A DNA stretch of 64,000 nt. Source: Acanthaster planci. Lineage: Eukaryota. A program made the position numbers and the translations under genes. The notes under the pieces were generated by a model. It searched no databases. It was not told where the DNA came from and saw nothing but the letters and a program-made list of their open reading frames with translations. The stretch covers positions 305,720 to 369,719 of the forward strand of contig NW_019091355.1 of NCBI RefSeq assembly GCF_001949145.1, read 5' to 3'. Positions 27,971 through 40,360 of this stretch are shown piece by piece. Numbering within the stretch: the first letter of the stretch is position 1; every line of letters starts with the position of its first letter.

Positions 27971-28178
27971 GGCCTGGGTCAGCACATTTGCAAACTGTAT
28001 AATGCAAATTACATTGCTCATTTGTATACTGTGCCGTGCTAAATGCTTTGCACCATTTTCTTGCGATTTTTAGCAGACGACCAACTTGACACTGACAGTG
28101 ACAGGTGACACTGACATGCTTGATTGAGTTGAAATGCTTGAAAATGAGAGAGTTGTGACAGCCTTAATCCGGTGGTGG

Positions 28179-29246
28179 GAATGTTGGTCACTTCGGCACT
28201 TTGCCAACTCGGTACCTCGTCAACTCGGCACCTTTCAAACTCAGCACCTAGTCGGTACCTACATGTACATGTAGCCAACTAGTACTCGGCACCTAAATTT
28301 TGCCTCGGGTCTGCATTTCCTAACTCGGCACCTGACTGACTTGGCACCTGACCGACCTGGCATCTGACGATCATTGGCACCAACTCTTGCAACCAATTGG
28401 TCCTTATTCTGTAAATGAGCTTAGTAAATGTAATAATTATACTGAAATTTTGTTGTTGTTGATTTTGGTAACCCAATTACTACAACAAAACCGACAAAGA
28501 AATTCACAAAGAAACAAGAGGTTCACATGCAAAGAGGAAGATTGAAGGAAACCCATATTTGAAATAAAAGTCTGACTTTAATTTCAAAAAGAAGAAAAAT
28601 AACCTTGCCTCATCCTGGCCATAATAGGGAGGTTTTATTATATTATGCAAACACTACAATTTTTTTATCACATTCGCGGGCGTCAAATGCCTGTTTGAAC
28701 GTGCAGATGCACATCCCGCATAAAATGTACATCTTCCAATGAACACTCGAATTAAAGGACAAATCAATCACATCCAGTAAATCTTTCAAAAGAAGTGTAA
28801 TCGTTCATCATAAACCAAGCATGAAAAATCCCAGTTGCATCACCTTTGCTCATTCGAAAAAAAATGAGAATTTCATATCAGTGAATTTTTAAATATTGGA
28901 GACTCTTAAAATTGGTTCTATTCGACATGTTCATTTGATTCAAGAATTTTGATGACTGTAGAGTATGACAAAAGATATTTCAAATTGCAGTGCTATTATG
29001 TTGTGAGTGAAGCTGTGAAAGTACTGACCTGACAATTTTTTATTGATTTACGGCTTTCCATGATTTTTTACAAGCTGCCCAAAAGAGTCACAGTGCGAGG
29101 ACAATACTCGGCTAGAAATCTTACCAAAATATATTGTATAAGGTGCCGAGTTGGCTATTGCAAAGGTGCGGAGTTGGTGGGTGCTGAATTGGCAAGATGA
29201 CGAGTTGGCAAGTGCCGATTGGCAAGGTACCGAAGTGACCGGTTAC
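28179..29246. mobile_element. MULE/fold-back-like non-autonomous element with AACTCGGCACC subterminal arrays and a near-perfect 9-bp TSD
   Basis: Left arm ggtcacttcggcactttgccaactcgg... and right arm ...ccgattggcaaggtaccgaagtgacc. Flanks are cggtggtgg (28170-28178) and tggtggtgg (29247-29255). Confidence 0.65.
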
Positions 29247-29931
29247 TGGTGGTGGTTAACATTAGGTTACATGTGAAGGAAATACAGGTAGCGTAAGTTG
29301 GACTTAGTCAACTCAACCATAGAGCAAAGAACAGATGACTCTAGTAACAGTTACACACATCACATTTCCATTGGTGAATGACATCCGGGACATCAATATG
29401 TCCTGCCATCGGTAAAGTTTTAAAATGTTTAATAACACTTTTTCACAGTTTGGCTGAAACTCTATGTATTTCTTATGTTTGCCTAGAATTGTTTCATGGA
29501 TGCTTGCCTAAATTGGAATAAAACATCTATCCTTGGGGTGACATGTTTGTAGAATCAAAGACGGAGCAAAGAAACTGTTTTCTTACATGCCCTACTCTGT
29601 GAAAGAATACTTGTATATAGGTCTACATCACAGCTACTTACTTCTAACGGAAAATGGTGGCGATTTATTATAATTATACATATATCCAAGTACAAAATCT
29701 GGCATTGCAAGTATTAGTCTGGTTCCCAGACCAAAAGGTACCAAATGTTATTTTGAGCTACATGTATCTTTCATATGGTACAGAGCCAGCCTAAGGACCA
29801 AGTGGCAGCTTTTTCTTGCACCAACATAATACCTGGTGCCTTATAAAGTGACTTACACACACATGTCCTGCCACACTGACATTTGTGTGTTATTATTTTG
29901 AAACCCCAGATCCAACATTCCAAGGCTCACA

Positions 29932-31114
29932 ATGGGTATTCTGAAGGTGCTGAATGTTTTCATAAGTCTCAACTCATTTCCTGTGATGATCGGCTATCTG
30001 TTCATGGTCTTTCTATCGCCGCTTTACCAAAAAGTGACAAAACCTATGGACTTCAGACCGGTAAGTTCTGTTTGTATCATGGAAGAAGTTCTAGACATTG
30101 TAGAGAGAGGATCACCATGTCAGTTGCTTAGACTGTATTTGTAGTGAGCTATCCCATAACTGTGAAGTTTGTGGTTATCTGAAAAATGTGTTATAAATGA
30201 GGATCATGAGCCTGAGATTTAACAAGTGTAATATCTGTATAAAAGTCTTTTCACCCAGATTATAACCTCCTCCCACTTTGCTAAACACACAATAAATGTA
30301 CATACAGAGTTGCTAGAACTTGGTAAAGTGTAGAAAGGGGAAATCTCGAGCACCTGACCCATGTTGCATGTGTCTGAAGCTGCATGTACATGTACTTGTA
30401 CATACAGCAGGCAGTTAAGAAATAAATGCTACATAGAGAAACTTGGAGAGTGGTGAAATGGTGTGCATATGAAACCTTCTGTTATATTTCCCTTACAAAC
30501 AAACTTACAACTTCTTGTCCTAACAATTGTTGCTGTAGATCCTGGTAATGTATAACTACGGTTGCAGCCTCCTTAGCGTTGGCACCTTTGCCATGTTTGC
30601 ATATGGCATGGCAGACATTGGTTCGGTCTTTCGCATGGAAACCACACCGGTGCTTGAATATGCCTTCCTCCTCTATCGCATAGCGAAATACATTGAGCTC
30701 CTAGACACCATCTTCATGATCTTGCGTCACAAACGCCGACAAATTTCCTTCCTGCATGTCTACCACCATGGTAGTATGATCAACCTTGCTGAGTTTTCGT
30801 ATCTACTTACTCCCTGGGCTGCTGTTGCATTCTCCTTATGTCTAAACTCACTCGTCCATGTCTGTCTTTATTTCTACTACGGTCGCTGCGCTGCAAACCC
30901 TGACAACCCACCGTCTTGGAAGAAGCAGATGACCCAGATTCAGATCACCCAATTCCTAATTATTCTGGTTCATTGCATCACTGGTTACCAGTATCATGGT
31001 TTCTGTGGCTACTCCATATTCTTTTGCCTGACCATGATCTTCCTGTTTGGAAATTTCTATTTCGCTGCATTTCTGCGTTTGAAAAAACCCAAAGAACTAA
31101 TTAAATCACAATGA
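29932..31114 (+). CDS. Short GNS1/SUR4 fatty-acid elongase of PUFA type (ELOVL2/4/5/7-like motif set), about 234 aa
   Basis: Exons 29932-30060 (MGILK...PMDFRP|GTAAGT) and 30539-31114, phase 0. Motifs KYIELLDT, QISFLHVYHH, NSLVHVCLYFYY and WKKQMTQIQITQF. Confidence 0.85.
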
Positions 31115-34100
31115 TGTCAAAATGCCATTCTTCAAACCAGAATACTGTTATGAAGATTACTCAATCTTGATTTTAAAACATTTATTTTAGTTGCAATACA
31201 TGATTCTCAGTCAGTATTCAAAAAATTCACCAATTATGTTGTTTTGGATTCTGGTATGTACAATAACTCACATTTAGAATTTACCAAAAAAGGGTTGGTG
31301 GAAAAAGCCAGCTATTTGCCACTTTTAGACAAATGATGGAACAGATTGAGTTGCACGGGAAATTACAATGTAAGTCCTCCAACAACTGAAGGCAGAGGAA
31401 TATTTTTCGTATGTATAGTACGTATCACAGTGCTGGTTGAATAAACTGAGAGGGATATGACAAAATGGATCTTTTGAGATCAGTGGCATAAATCTATGCC
31501 AGGGAGTGGGGAGGATGGGAGACGGCTTAAACCAAAAACTTGCCTAGCAGTGGGAAATTGGAAAAGAGTGGGGGGGGGAATCACTGGACACCACGTGACA
31601 CTAGGGGATGCTTTTCATAATGTACGTGTACACCTAATGTATACTTGATGTGATATCAAATGGCATATTTAAAGCTTTTGTATTTGTCTCCCTTTTTCAG
31701 TACTTTAAGAAGTTTAAAAAATACCTCAAAATCTTTTTCTGCTCGCCACAAAAAGTGGGGGGTTGGGGTTGGAGGGAAATGATCCAATAATCCATTTCCC
31801 CTTGTTAACTGGGGGGGATACATTTATACCCCTATCTTTCCTCCTGGGGATTAATGTCCCTGTCGGAGATGTACTTTCTTTGATCTACGAAGTTTACCAA
31901 GCAAACTTTGCCTACTTGTACACAGAAGTTGTTTGCCAGACAGCTGGACAAGTTGTTAGCTTAAATAAGGGGGGATGGGTGCACCTCTTTTGTTCACCTG
32001 TTGACTCACTCGTCATGACTTGCACTTTTTGAGACAGTTGATGTTGTATGTTCCACATACATTGTTTTTGACTGTAGAATATGACAAAAACAAATATAAA
32101 TATTTGGCCTGTCAATAGTTCAAATGAAGTCAGCGAACTTCTATGAAAGATTGACACAAATTTTATGGTGTGGTATTATATTAGTGTGGCGTATTTGTGA
32201 TACTGGTCTAAAGTGTTTCATAATTCAGGAAGGGGCATGAAAATTCCTTGGACAGAAGTGAAAATGTAGGAAAAGTTGGAATTTTGTGTTTTATTTTGGA
32301 TGAAATTGTTCATTTGGCCTGCAGACAACATGTTTTGTTATAATTGTTTCATTTAAATGGATCATCAAAATTGAATGTTCCAATGTATGTTAATGTTAAA
32401 ATTTAATACACATGTACACGTATATTGCCACAATGTTCTTTGTGTCATGTGCCTTGCCCAATCACTCTTCTATTCTGTACTTTTCCTGTTTTTATGGAAA
32501 TATTTTTACTGAATTAATCTACTATTAAAATCTCAGGTGATTTGTTTAATACCCTTTTTATAACTGTAATGGCTGTGTTAAAAGTACTTGTTTTAACACT
32601 TTATGGGGTCGACTAATCATGTTCTAATATTAACGGAACGTGTTGATGATATGCATTGTTAAACAATGTTAAAAGTCTTTGAATAAATATTCTTCAAATC
32701 AGAATTACTGGCCAGTGCCAATGATTTCCTTATTCAACTTCAGTGTGGTACATTTGTGAAGGACAGAGCCACCAGGTCACTTGAAAACCCGTGCCAAATT
32801 GGGCACAGAATAGATGTCATTTGTAATCCGTTTACGGCAACGAGAAAAAAAATTGACCCCGTTTCAGGATTTTTAAAACCTTTTCTGCATTTCTAAATAG
32901 TAATGCTTTTTGTATTTTTAAATTCTGTTTTGTTTCCCCTTTTAATACTGAGGTCATGTAAATGAGAACACGCGTAAAGTCAACCGGTATTTTTGTATTT
33001 TCCCCTTTCGTCAAGAGGATCATAATTGTGGTCAATGTACTTATATCTTTGACGCCTTACTAAAATAGGTCTTCACCAAAAATTGTTTACACCGAGCTAC
33101 ACTGGTCGTCACTCATTTTGATTTTGGGGGACGTGGTGCGTCAATTTTTGGTACAATATGTCACTTTCAGGTCAGGCAGTATTTCAAATTGCATAAAGGA
33201 ATATGCTAGTAAATATTTTATAAGGGCCTTTTCCGGAGGTGATTTTTATAAATAGTAAGAAAACGAACGAAAAATCTCTCTAAAAATCTTTTCACGTTAA
33301 GTTTCTGGAAGTGTAGCATCATGCAATTGTCAACCTCCAGGCTCTGTTTCCATACGCAGCCGAATAATTCGGAAGTGGCCTTTTATTTCTCCCATGCGAA
33401 GTCTTATCGTGACCGTGAGACCCAATCCGCCGCCTCCTGGTCTGTTACTAATATAAAAGCCGTACTTCCATTTTGTCAGCAATTGCATCGTGTATAACAT
33501 ATTATGTCCTTGCTGTTTCAGTGTGGGAACTTAAACCTTGCAGGGTGTAAATAACTTGGCAATAAAAGATTGTTAGTTTTACGATGATACAATACCGATA
33601 CAATGAGGTCGTTCTTTGGTTGTAGAAGAAATTATTGGCACAGTGTTTGTGGTGCACTATGCCTTAAATATCTGACCAGGAGAAACAATGCACTCTTTTA
33701 GTGCTGCACTCTTTTATTTTAAAGACTCGTAATTTCATTATTTTCACTGAGATTACTTTAAAAACATCCTGCAAATCCGTACTGGTAAAAGGTACGTTCA
33801 GATTTGTGCCGATGGTTGCTTTAAAATTCTCTACAAATTCAACAATAATCACGTTATTATGATTGTAAATCAATGTCAAACTTCCTGTGCTAGATCGTTT
33901 GATATGTTTTCCCCTATTAGCTGTTGCATTTTGGGATTTGTTTCCAGGAAAATCGACTAAAGTTAAAGAAAATAACATGTTATATTGTCCAGTAATCTTT
34001 CAGCAGTAGTTTTGTTTCAAGTTATGTTTCTCCCTAATGTTTATAAGTATTGAAAATCAATCTGGAATTGATAAAACGGAAGTATCGTGACTATTTCAAA

Positions 34101-34157
34101 GCATCTTTATCTGTAAGTCTCTACTTATAATTATTTCAGTGAATATTAATGTCGTAA

Positions 34158-35087
34158 CTATCGGGTCTTCTTTAGTTCAGCTTCGTGTTGTACATCTGAA
34201 GGATGCTCGTCAGTTTTCCTGCCACTGGATTTAGTCTCTAGTTTTCCTTCTTTCTTGACGAAGTAGGCGAGGTAGAAATAGTGTGCAAAGAGAACGAAGT
34301 AGCTCACATACATGACGAATGACGCCTCTAAGTTGCGCCGACTAACTGCGCATGTGTCACCTCGCTTCAGTACCACGTGGGCGTAGAGATTGACGAGAAT
34401 CCCCGTGAACATCTGCGTGATTTGGAGCACGGTGATACAAACGCTAACCCTGCGGGGAATACGAACGATCCGAGAGGCTTTGAGAGCGTAGTAGGTGTAC
34501 ATGAAAGCATGAACCGTGTAGTTCATGAGCAGGAAACATCTCCCTGTTGACGTGTAGTAAGCATAGCTGAACCACGTGTAGAGAAGAACAGTGATGTGGT
34601 GATACCAATGTAGGAAGATCAGGTTCTGTTTGCGTAGAACGATGAACGCCGTGTCTCCAAACTCAACCAGCTTACTGACAGCAAACAGCCACGCCCACAG
34701 GCCACTAGCCCCAATGAAGCCTACCGAATCACACGCCACCGAATTAAGTCCATACGTAGTTGCCATGTAGATCGTCTCCTCCCAAGAGCGGAGTAGACCC
34801 ATCCAGCTGAAAATGGCAAGGCCCAGGGACCAGGCTGTTAGTGACGGGCGGAGGTCATACGGTGGACGGTCCCTCATGAACCGCTGTCCTGCCAGAATTA
34901 GCACGCCATAGATAGCACTCAGTGGGAACCCTATGGTCCAGTATTGCTGGAACAGCCCTACACCCCATTCGTGATCAAACCGACGTTCGAAGGCAAATTC
35001 ATAAGCGTACACTATTGGTACCTTAGTCGTGTTCAGCTGAACTTGTAGCGGCAAAGTCACTGGCGGGAATCCGCGCGTCTCAGTCAT
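34158..35087 (-). CDS. ELOVL6: ELOVL3/6-type fatty-acid elongase, uninterrupted CDS, copy 1 (309 aa)
   Basis: SKLVEFGDTAFIVLRKQNLIFLHWYHHITVLLYTW, MNYTVHAFMYTYYALKA, LQITQM, MYVSYFVLFAHYF, and a C-terminal KKxx ER-retrieval signal (KKTR). Confidence 0.92.
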   Translation of the reverse strand: MTETRGFPPVTLPLQVQLNTTKVPIVYAYEFAFERRFDHEWGVGLFQQYWTIGFPLSAIYGVLILAGQRFMRDRPPYDLRPSLTAWSLGLAIFSWMGLLRSWEETIYMATTYGLNSVACDSVGFIGASGLWAWLFAVSKLVEFGDTAFIVLRKQNLIFLHWYHHITVLLYTWFSYAYYTSTGRCFLLMNYTVHAFMYTYYALKASRIVRIPRRVSVCITVLQITQMFTGILVNLYAHVVLKRGDTCAVSRRNLEASFVMYVSYFVLFAHYFYLAYFVKKEGKLETKSSGRKTDEHPSDVQHEAELKKTR

Positions 35088-37579
35088 TTTAACAGCGGCG
35101 ATGTCACTACATGTATGAAAAACTGATACGTGTATACCGCCTATGCCTTCGTCTGCTATTACTCGTAATGATATTGCATGTGCCTTTTCACCAACACACT
35201 TTCGGCCGCGTTTCGGCTAACTGCACACAGTGCTGGTACGATACTAATAGGCCTACAGTACTCCAGAACATGTACTTCAACCTTGAGCACTCCGCAAGCG
35301 TATTCGAACTCACGAGTCTAATGCGTGCGGTTGCGCATATACAGGCGTACGTGAACTCCGGGCCATACATCACGTCATGTCGAATGACTTGTCTTACGAC
35401 ATAACGCGGGCTGCCACACCTACAGCGAATCTGTTATCTGTTTCCATTGACGCGGAAATGACAAATAACTCCAACGATAACGGCAAAAGAATCAACGTCC
35501 AACCATTGTCCAACTTTAATCATTTTCAAATTGCACGTAATGTCGTGCTTTATCGAGCGGGTATTGTCCCAATAACTTTAGAAAAGAAAAAAATTACATA
35601 TACACGTTCGTCTGTGAGACACGATCACAATATGATCATTTCTGTTTTATTTTTGTGGAGAAAAAAAAAGGCATTAGAAGTATCAAAAAAATTGCATACA
35701 ATAATAAAACATAATAAAGAATGAATATATGAATATGTTTGTCGCAGCGGCGCCCCCATGGCTCTGGCGGGTCAAGGATGAATTTCCGTGATTCGATTTC
35801 AGTCACATAGGCCTATCTGCCAAATAGTTAAACAAGTCAATGGTCGTGCCCATGGACATCATATTATATTTCACTTTCGTATAAAATTCAAGTCAAAATT
35901 AGGACTTTTATTGCCAATGATTTGGTCCCCTTGAACTAAACCGACTATAATTATAGTGCTATAATTATAGGGACGTGATTTCGTTATTTTATTATTGTAG
36001 TAAGGGACCTGTAAAAAGGAGCACTTCATTCTACTTAGCCGTCTAGATCTAAAGTCGATTCAGCTACTCAGCCCGAGTGAAGACAAAAACTGACAGCAAA
36101 AAAAAAATCTGCGCAACAAGATTCACTCTGAATAACGGCATAGACTCTGCGTACATGGGTTATAGTATAAGAGCTCAAAAGTTTTGAGGTTACTAACGTA
36201 GTAACTAGTATGCAGCATCCTGAGCATTGCTTTGTGATCAGAACTTGTGAGAAGTTTAGCTGCTGGTGTTTACAGAGAACTAAAATTCATTTCACGATGA
36301 ATCGATGACGAAGAAATTTCTTTGCTGGCGTGTAAGTTCACAAATTATTATCACTGACGTGCATGCATGGTTTGTTGTCAATACATGTGCATGTGTAGTG
36401 TTTTTCTTTCGCAGCTGGATGGCACGTGTAATGGTTAACATTGTAAATCTTTTGCTGGTCTGTGAATGATGTAGGCTTTGCTTTACATCTATTATTATGT
36501 AGGCTGGTGACACAGGTAAATGACCCCGTTTACGTGTTCGCATTACATGGATGCTTTCAACGGTCACGGGAGGACTGGGATTTGATTTTGTGAAAATGCA
36601 CCTATTTTGGGACAAAAAAGCGGAAATGAAAAGAAATTGAGTCATGTTCAGATAGCATGATAAAAAGGAGAAGGTATAACATAATGCGCTTCCCATCACC
36701 AATAGTTTTTCAAGAACAATTTGTGTCATTAAATGCGTAAAAACTAACAATTATTCTGCAGAAGTCTTGTTAAATTTAAAATGGACGTTTTAAGGGAGTT
36801 GGTTTAATCTGAAATCGCATGCCGTTTTTTTTTGCTGCATTTATAGACATTTTCCTGCAAAACTAAAGAGACGGATGCGAATTTATGACATGCACAAATC
36901 ATTGACATAAATGCGTAAACTGTTCTTTGCAAACTAGGTTTAACTTTCTTTTGCCAAGAATGCTGTAATAACATTGGTCGAAAAAGTTTGGCAAAGCTCA
37001 ATTGTCCAGATGTTGGTCATTTCCCAAATGATTTACCCATAACAGTTGGACACCTTGTGATCAGAAGTTGGGAAGTTATTTTCACCAACGTAGGGCAAAA
37101 ATTGGTCAAAACGAGCCCAACTTTTTATAGTATTGATATGCTGAGCTCCAGAAGTGTGAAAGTTAGCCAGTTTACAGTAATTGACAATATTATGCCAACA
37201 ATTTAAATTTATGCTGATTTTGCGAATGGACTGAAACCTTAAATGTTGAGATAAATATTCCCGACACTGTTTTGGGACCGATTCATGTAATGAGGAGCTC
37301 CCGGAGCGCATGGGCTAACAGGAAGCCCCAATTCAAGCCATTGCTGTCTGATTATAAGGCCAAACACTCTTCACAATCGGGTATTCACTAACTGCAGCAC
37401 AATTCCCAGAAATTAAAAAGGAGTCGGATCCCAAAGGTAATTATTCCTTGCCTCAAAGCTGGGGGCCATGCCTTGGTGAATAAATCCAAGGGTAAATATT
37501 GCCGCCAGGAATTAATAAGTGCACTGTTGATGAACAAAAGAACACATCAAACATTTGATAGATTACATGTACTTAAAAG

Positions 37580-37859
37580 CAAAGATCGTATAGCGCCGAA
37601 GGCGCCAGATGAATAACTCTGTCCAAAAGATGTAATTACCACGGGCGCCATTTGAGCAAGCGATACGCCTGCGCAGTTTACGGTAATGCTTGGGCGCAGG
37701 CTCACCAGGTACACGTGCCTGCCGCGGCACCTGCGCATTAATGTTTATTGCACAGGCGTATCGCTTGCTCAAATGGCGCCCGTGCGATTACAACGTTTTA
37801 CGTGTATTCACGGTAAAGTTGGACATCTTGCGCCGATTCGTGGCGCTATACGATCTTTG
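37580..37859. mobile_element. 280-bp nested fold-back (palindromic) element
   Basis: Perfect 18-bp outer IR (37580-37597 / 37842-37859) and perfect 32-bp inner IR (37640-37671 / 37753-37784). TTAA lies a few bases outside each end. Confidence 0.75.
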
Positions 37860-38874
37860 ATTAAAAGGAACTACCGAAGTGGTCCTAAGGTCCTTTAACG
37901 TCCACGTGTTGAGGTTCAACTCGAAATAAGCAGTAGTGACTAATGTGCAAGTTTTAAAAAGTCACTCCCAGAATCTTCCATAAAGATCCAGCAAAACTCG
38001 AATTGTCCACTGTTGAAAAACCTGTGAGTAAATTTTCAACAAGTAACCCAAATGCCCCATACACATTTAAATTCAAAGAGCCGTGATTGTGTACATGCAC
38101 GGCTTCCTTTTCACGGCTCAAGGAAATCTAAAACCGGATAGTCAACATCATCCTCAAGATTTACTTCCAAGTTTAAAGTATACAATGGCAAATACAGATA
38201 AAATCCCAAGGGAAAGGTTGAAATCTAATTGCATGGGAAAAATCTCAGCTAAAATGATTGTTATTTCATTTTTGTAGACAAAGCTTATAGTGCCAAATAA
38301 AATCATTTCCAAAGTAGCCAAACACACATGATTTATTTCCGTGTTTCCTTGAAGTCAAAATTTATTTCATTCTTTCAGTGTCTCGTATTCTCACTCCAAA
38401 ACTTTGTTTTTTGACAATCTAAAAAATGATCCATAGACCACTCAATTCTCCTTAATTGGTCCTTTTCAACATCTTCTGTATGCATGAAAAATATTTATAA
38501 CTCTGTAAACAGTACCCCCTGAAGCTGCTTTGGTTTGCACATTCCCAGCTAGGATTAATTCTTAACATTGTGAACATTTACATGAAATGATTATTACATC
38601 CATCTAATGATATATCAACTTATATGTTCCCTACCTACACAGTCAAGTGCTATTAATGATCACAATCACTCAATAAAAATGCTACAACTGAAATATACAA
38701 TCTATGCTGCTTGTACTTCACAGGAGCTACACTGACTATAACTATAGCAACACAAAACGTTTGTGAACTAACTGGCATTACAGTAACAAAGGAACGACAA
38801 AAAGCACACTGTTACATATAACTAAACGAGAAAAGTTTACATCCAGAGTCTGTGCTGCTTCTCCAGGGCGGGAC

Positions 38875-39054
38875 AGCCTTGTTCAACCAATAAATTATGA
38901 CTCTTTGCCGACATACCATCCAAGAATTACTGTTTCGTCTTGCGTTGTTCCACGATGTTCACAAGCCTTGTTCAACCAATAAATTATGACTCTTTGCCGA
39001 CATACCATCCAAGAATTACTGTTTCGTCTTGCGTTGTTCCACAATGTTCACAAG
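38875..39054. repeat. Direct tandem duplication, 2 x 89 bp, one mismatch
   Basis: agccttgttcaaccaataaattatgac...gttccac(g/a)atgttcaca starts at 38875 and again at 38964. Confidence 0.95.
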
Positions 39055-39457
39055 GGAGTGAGACCATTTTTTAACTTAAATTCATATATAGGCCCTTAAA
39101 ACAATCTATTTCTATACGGCGATTACTACCCCCTTTCAATGTCATAGTTGGTTTTGTTGTAAAAATCTAGTTTACTTCGCAAGTAATATACGCATGTAAT
39201 TATTTTGCTCCAACGTAAAACTTACGTTTTTCATTAGAATTTCAGCAAAATCAATTCCAGCAATACATGAAAATACATCAAAGACTGGTGAAAATTACAC
39301 TCAGTTACAAAATAATACACATGTACTTAAAATGTATGAAGTCGTTTTGTTATAAAATGAAAATAAGGACGAATAGTCACTAAATCAACAATTCACAGCA
39401 ATCATACTATAGCTTAAGCGATTTTTGACGTTAACACAGAGCGGGGGGGGGTTAAGG

Positions 39458-40360
39458 TTACAATCCCTTCTTTTCTTGCAATTTCTCGTCTCCGCTACCT
39501 GCCAATCTCGTCTTCCTTTCCTTGATGACTGCTCTGGATTTGTCCATGTACCTCTCGTAGAAAAAGTAGACGAAGAGAACAAGGTAGCTGGAGTACATCA
39601 TGAAGGAGATCCGCAGATTACTGCCGTTTGTGGCGCACGCAACTCCGCTTTTCCACAAGGAGTAAACGTAACCATTGACAACGCAACCCACCAGCATCTG
39701 GGTGATCTGGAGTGACGTAATCACCATGCCGATCCAAGTAGGGATGCGAATGAGCCTTGAAGCTCTGATGGCGTAGTAAGAGTACATGAAGGAATGAACG
39801 GTGAAGTTCATTGCTGCGAAGTAACGGGCTAAAGCGACGATTTGTGGGTAAGAGTACCAGGTGTACATGAGAACCGTGATGTGATGATACCAGTGGAGAA
39901 AGATGAGTGGCTGTTTCCGCAGGACTATGAACGCGGTGTCTACAAGTTCCGGGAGTTTGCTTACTGTAAAGAGCCAGAGCCATAAGCCGGGGACGTCCTT
40001 GTAGACGGACGGGTCGCAAATCGATGCCTGCCAGCCGTGCGTGCGGATAATATGGAGAATTTCACCATCAAGTCGCGCCATACCTGCCCAGCTAAACACG
40101 GCTAGCCCCGTTGACCACACAGCCAAGGGGATACGAAGATGAAACGGTTTGCGGGAGGCCATGTACCATCGGCCGGTGAAGACAAGCAAGACATACAGGG
40201 CGCTCGCCACAATCGATAGCCGCCAGTTATTCCGGAACCACAAGATTCCTTCCTCAGGCCGGAATGTTTGTTCAAAGTCGAAGACGATGCCCGGCTTGAA
40301 AGGGCGAAGAGTTGAGTTAATAAAAACATCCTCCAGTCGATGCGTAGGGAGGCCTGCCAT
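39458..40360 (-). CDS. ELOVL6: ELOVL3/6-type fatty-acid elongase, uninterrupted CDS, copy 2 (300 aa)
   Basis: SKLPELVDTAFIVLRKQPLIFLHWYHHITV, MNFTVHSFMYSYYA, LQITQM, MYSSYLVLF, C-terminal KKGL. Confidence 0.92.
   Translation of the reverse strand: MAGLPTHRLEDVFINSTLRPFKPGIVFDFEQTFRPEEGILWFRNNWRLSIVASALYVLLVFTGRWYMASRKPFHLRIPLAVWSTGLAVFSWAGMARLDGEILHIIRTHGWQASICDPSVYKDVPGLWLWLFTVSKLPELVDTAFIVLRKQPLIFLHWYHHITVLMYTWYSYPQIVALARYFAAMNFTVHSFMYSYYAIRASRLIRIPTWIGMVITSLQITQMLVGCVVNGYVYSLWKSGVACATNGSNLRISFMMYSSYLVLFVYFFYERYMDKSRAVIKERKTRLAGSGDEKLQEKKGL

Noticed and set aside
28185..28400. Short repeats with variable spacers resembling a CRISPR array
   Set aside because: Units are about 11 bp, irregularly spaced, mirrored at 29140-29246, in a eukaryotic intron with no cas genes. 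They are transposon subterminal repeats.
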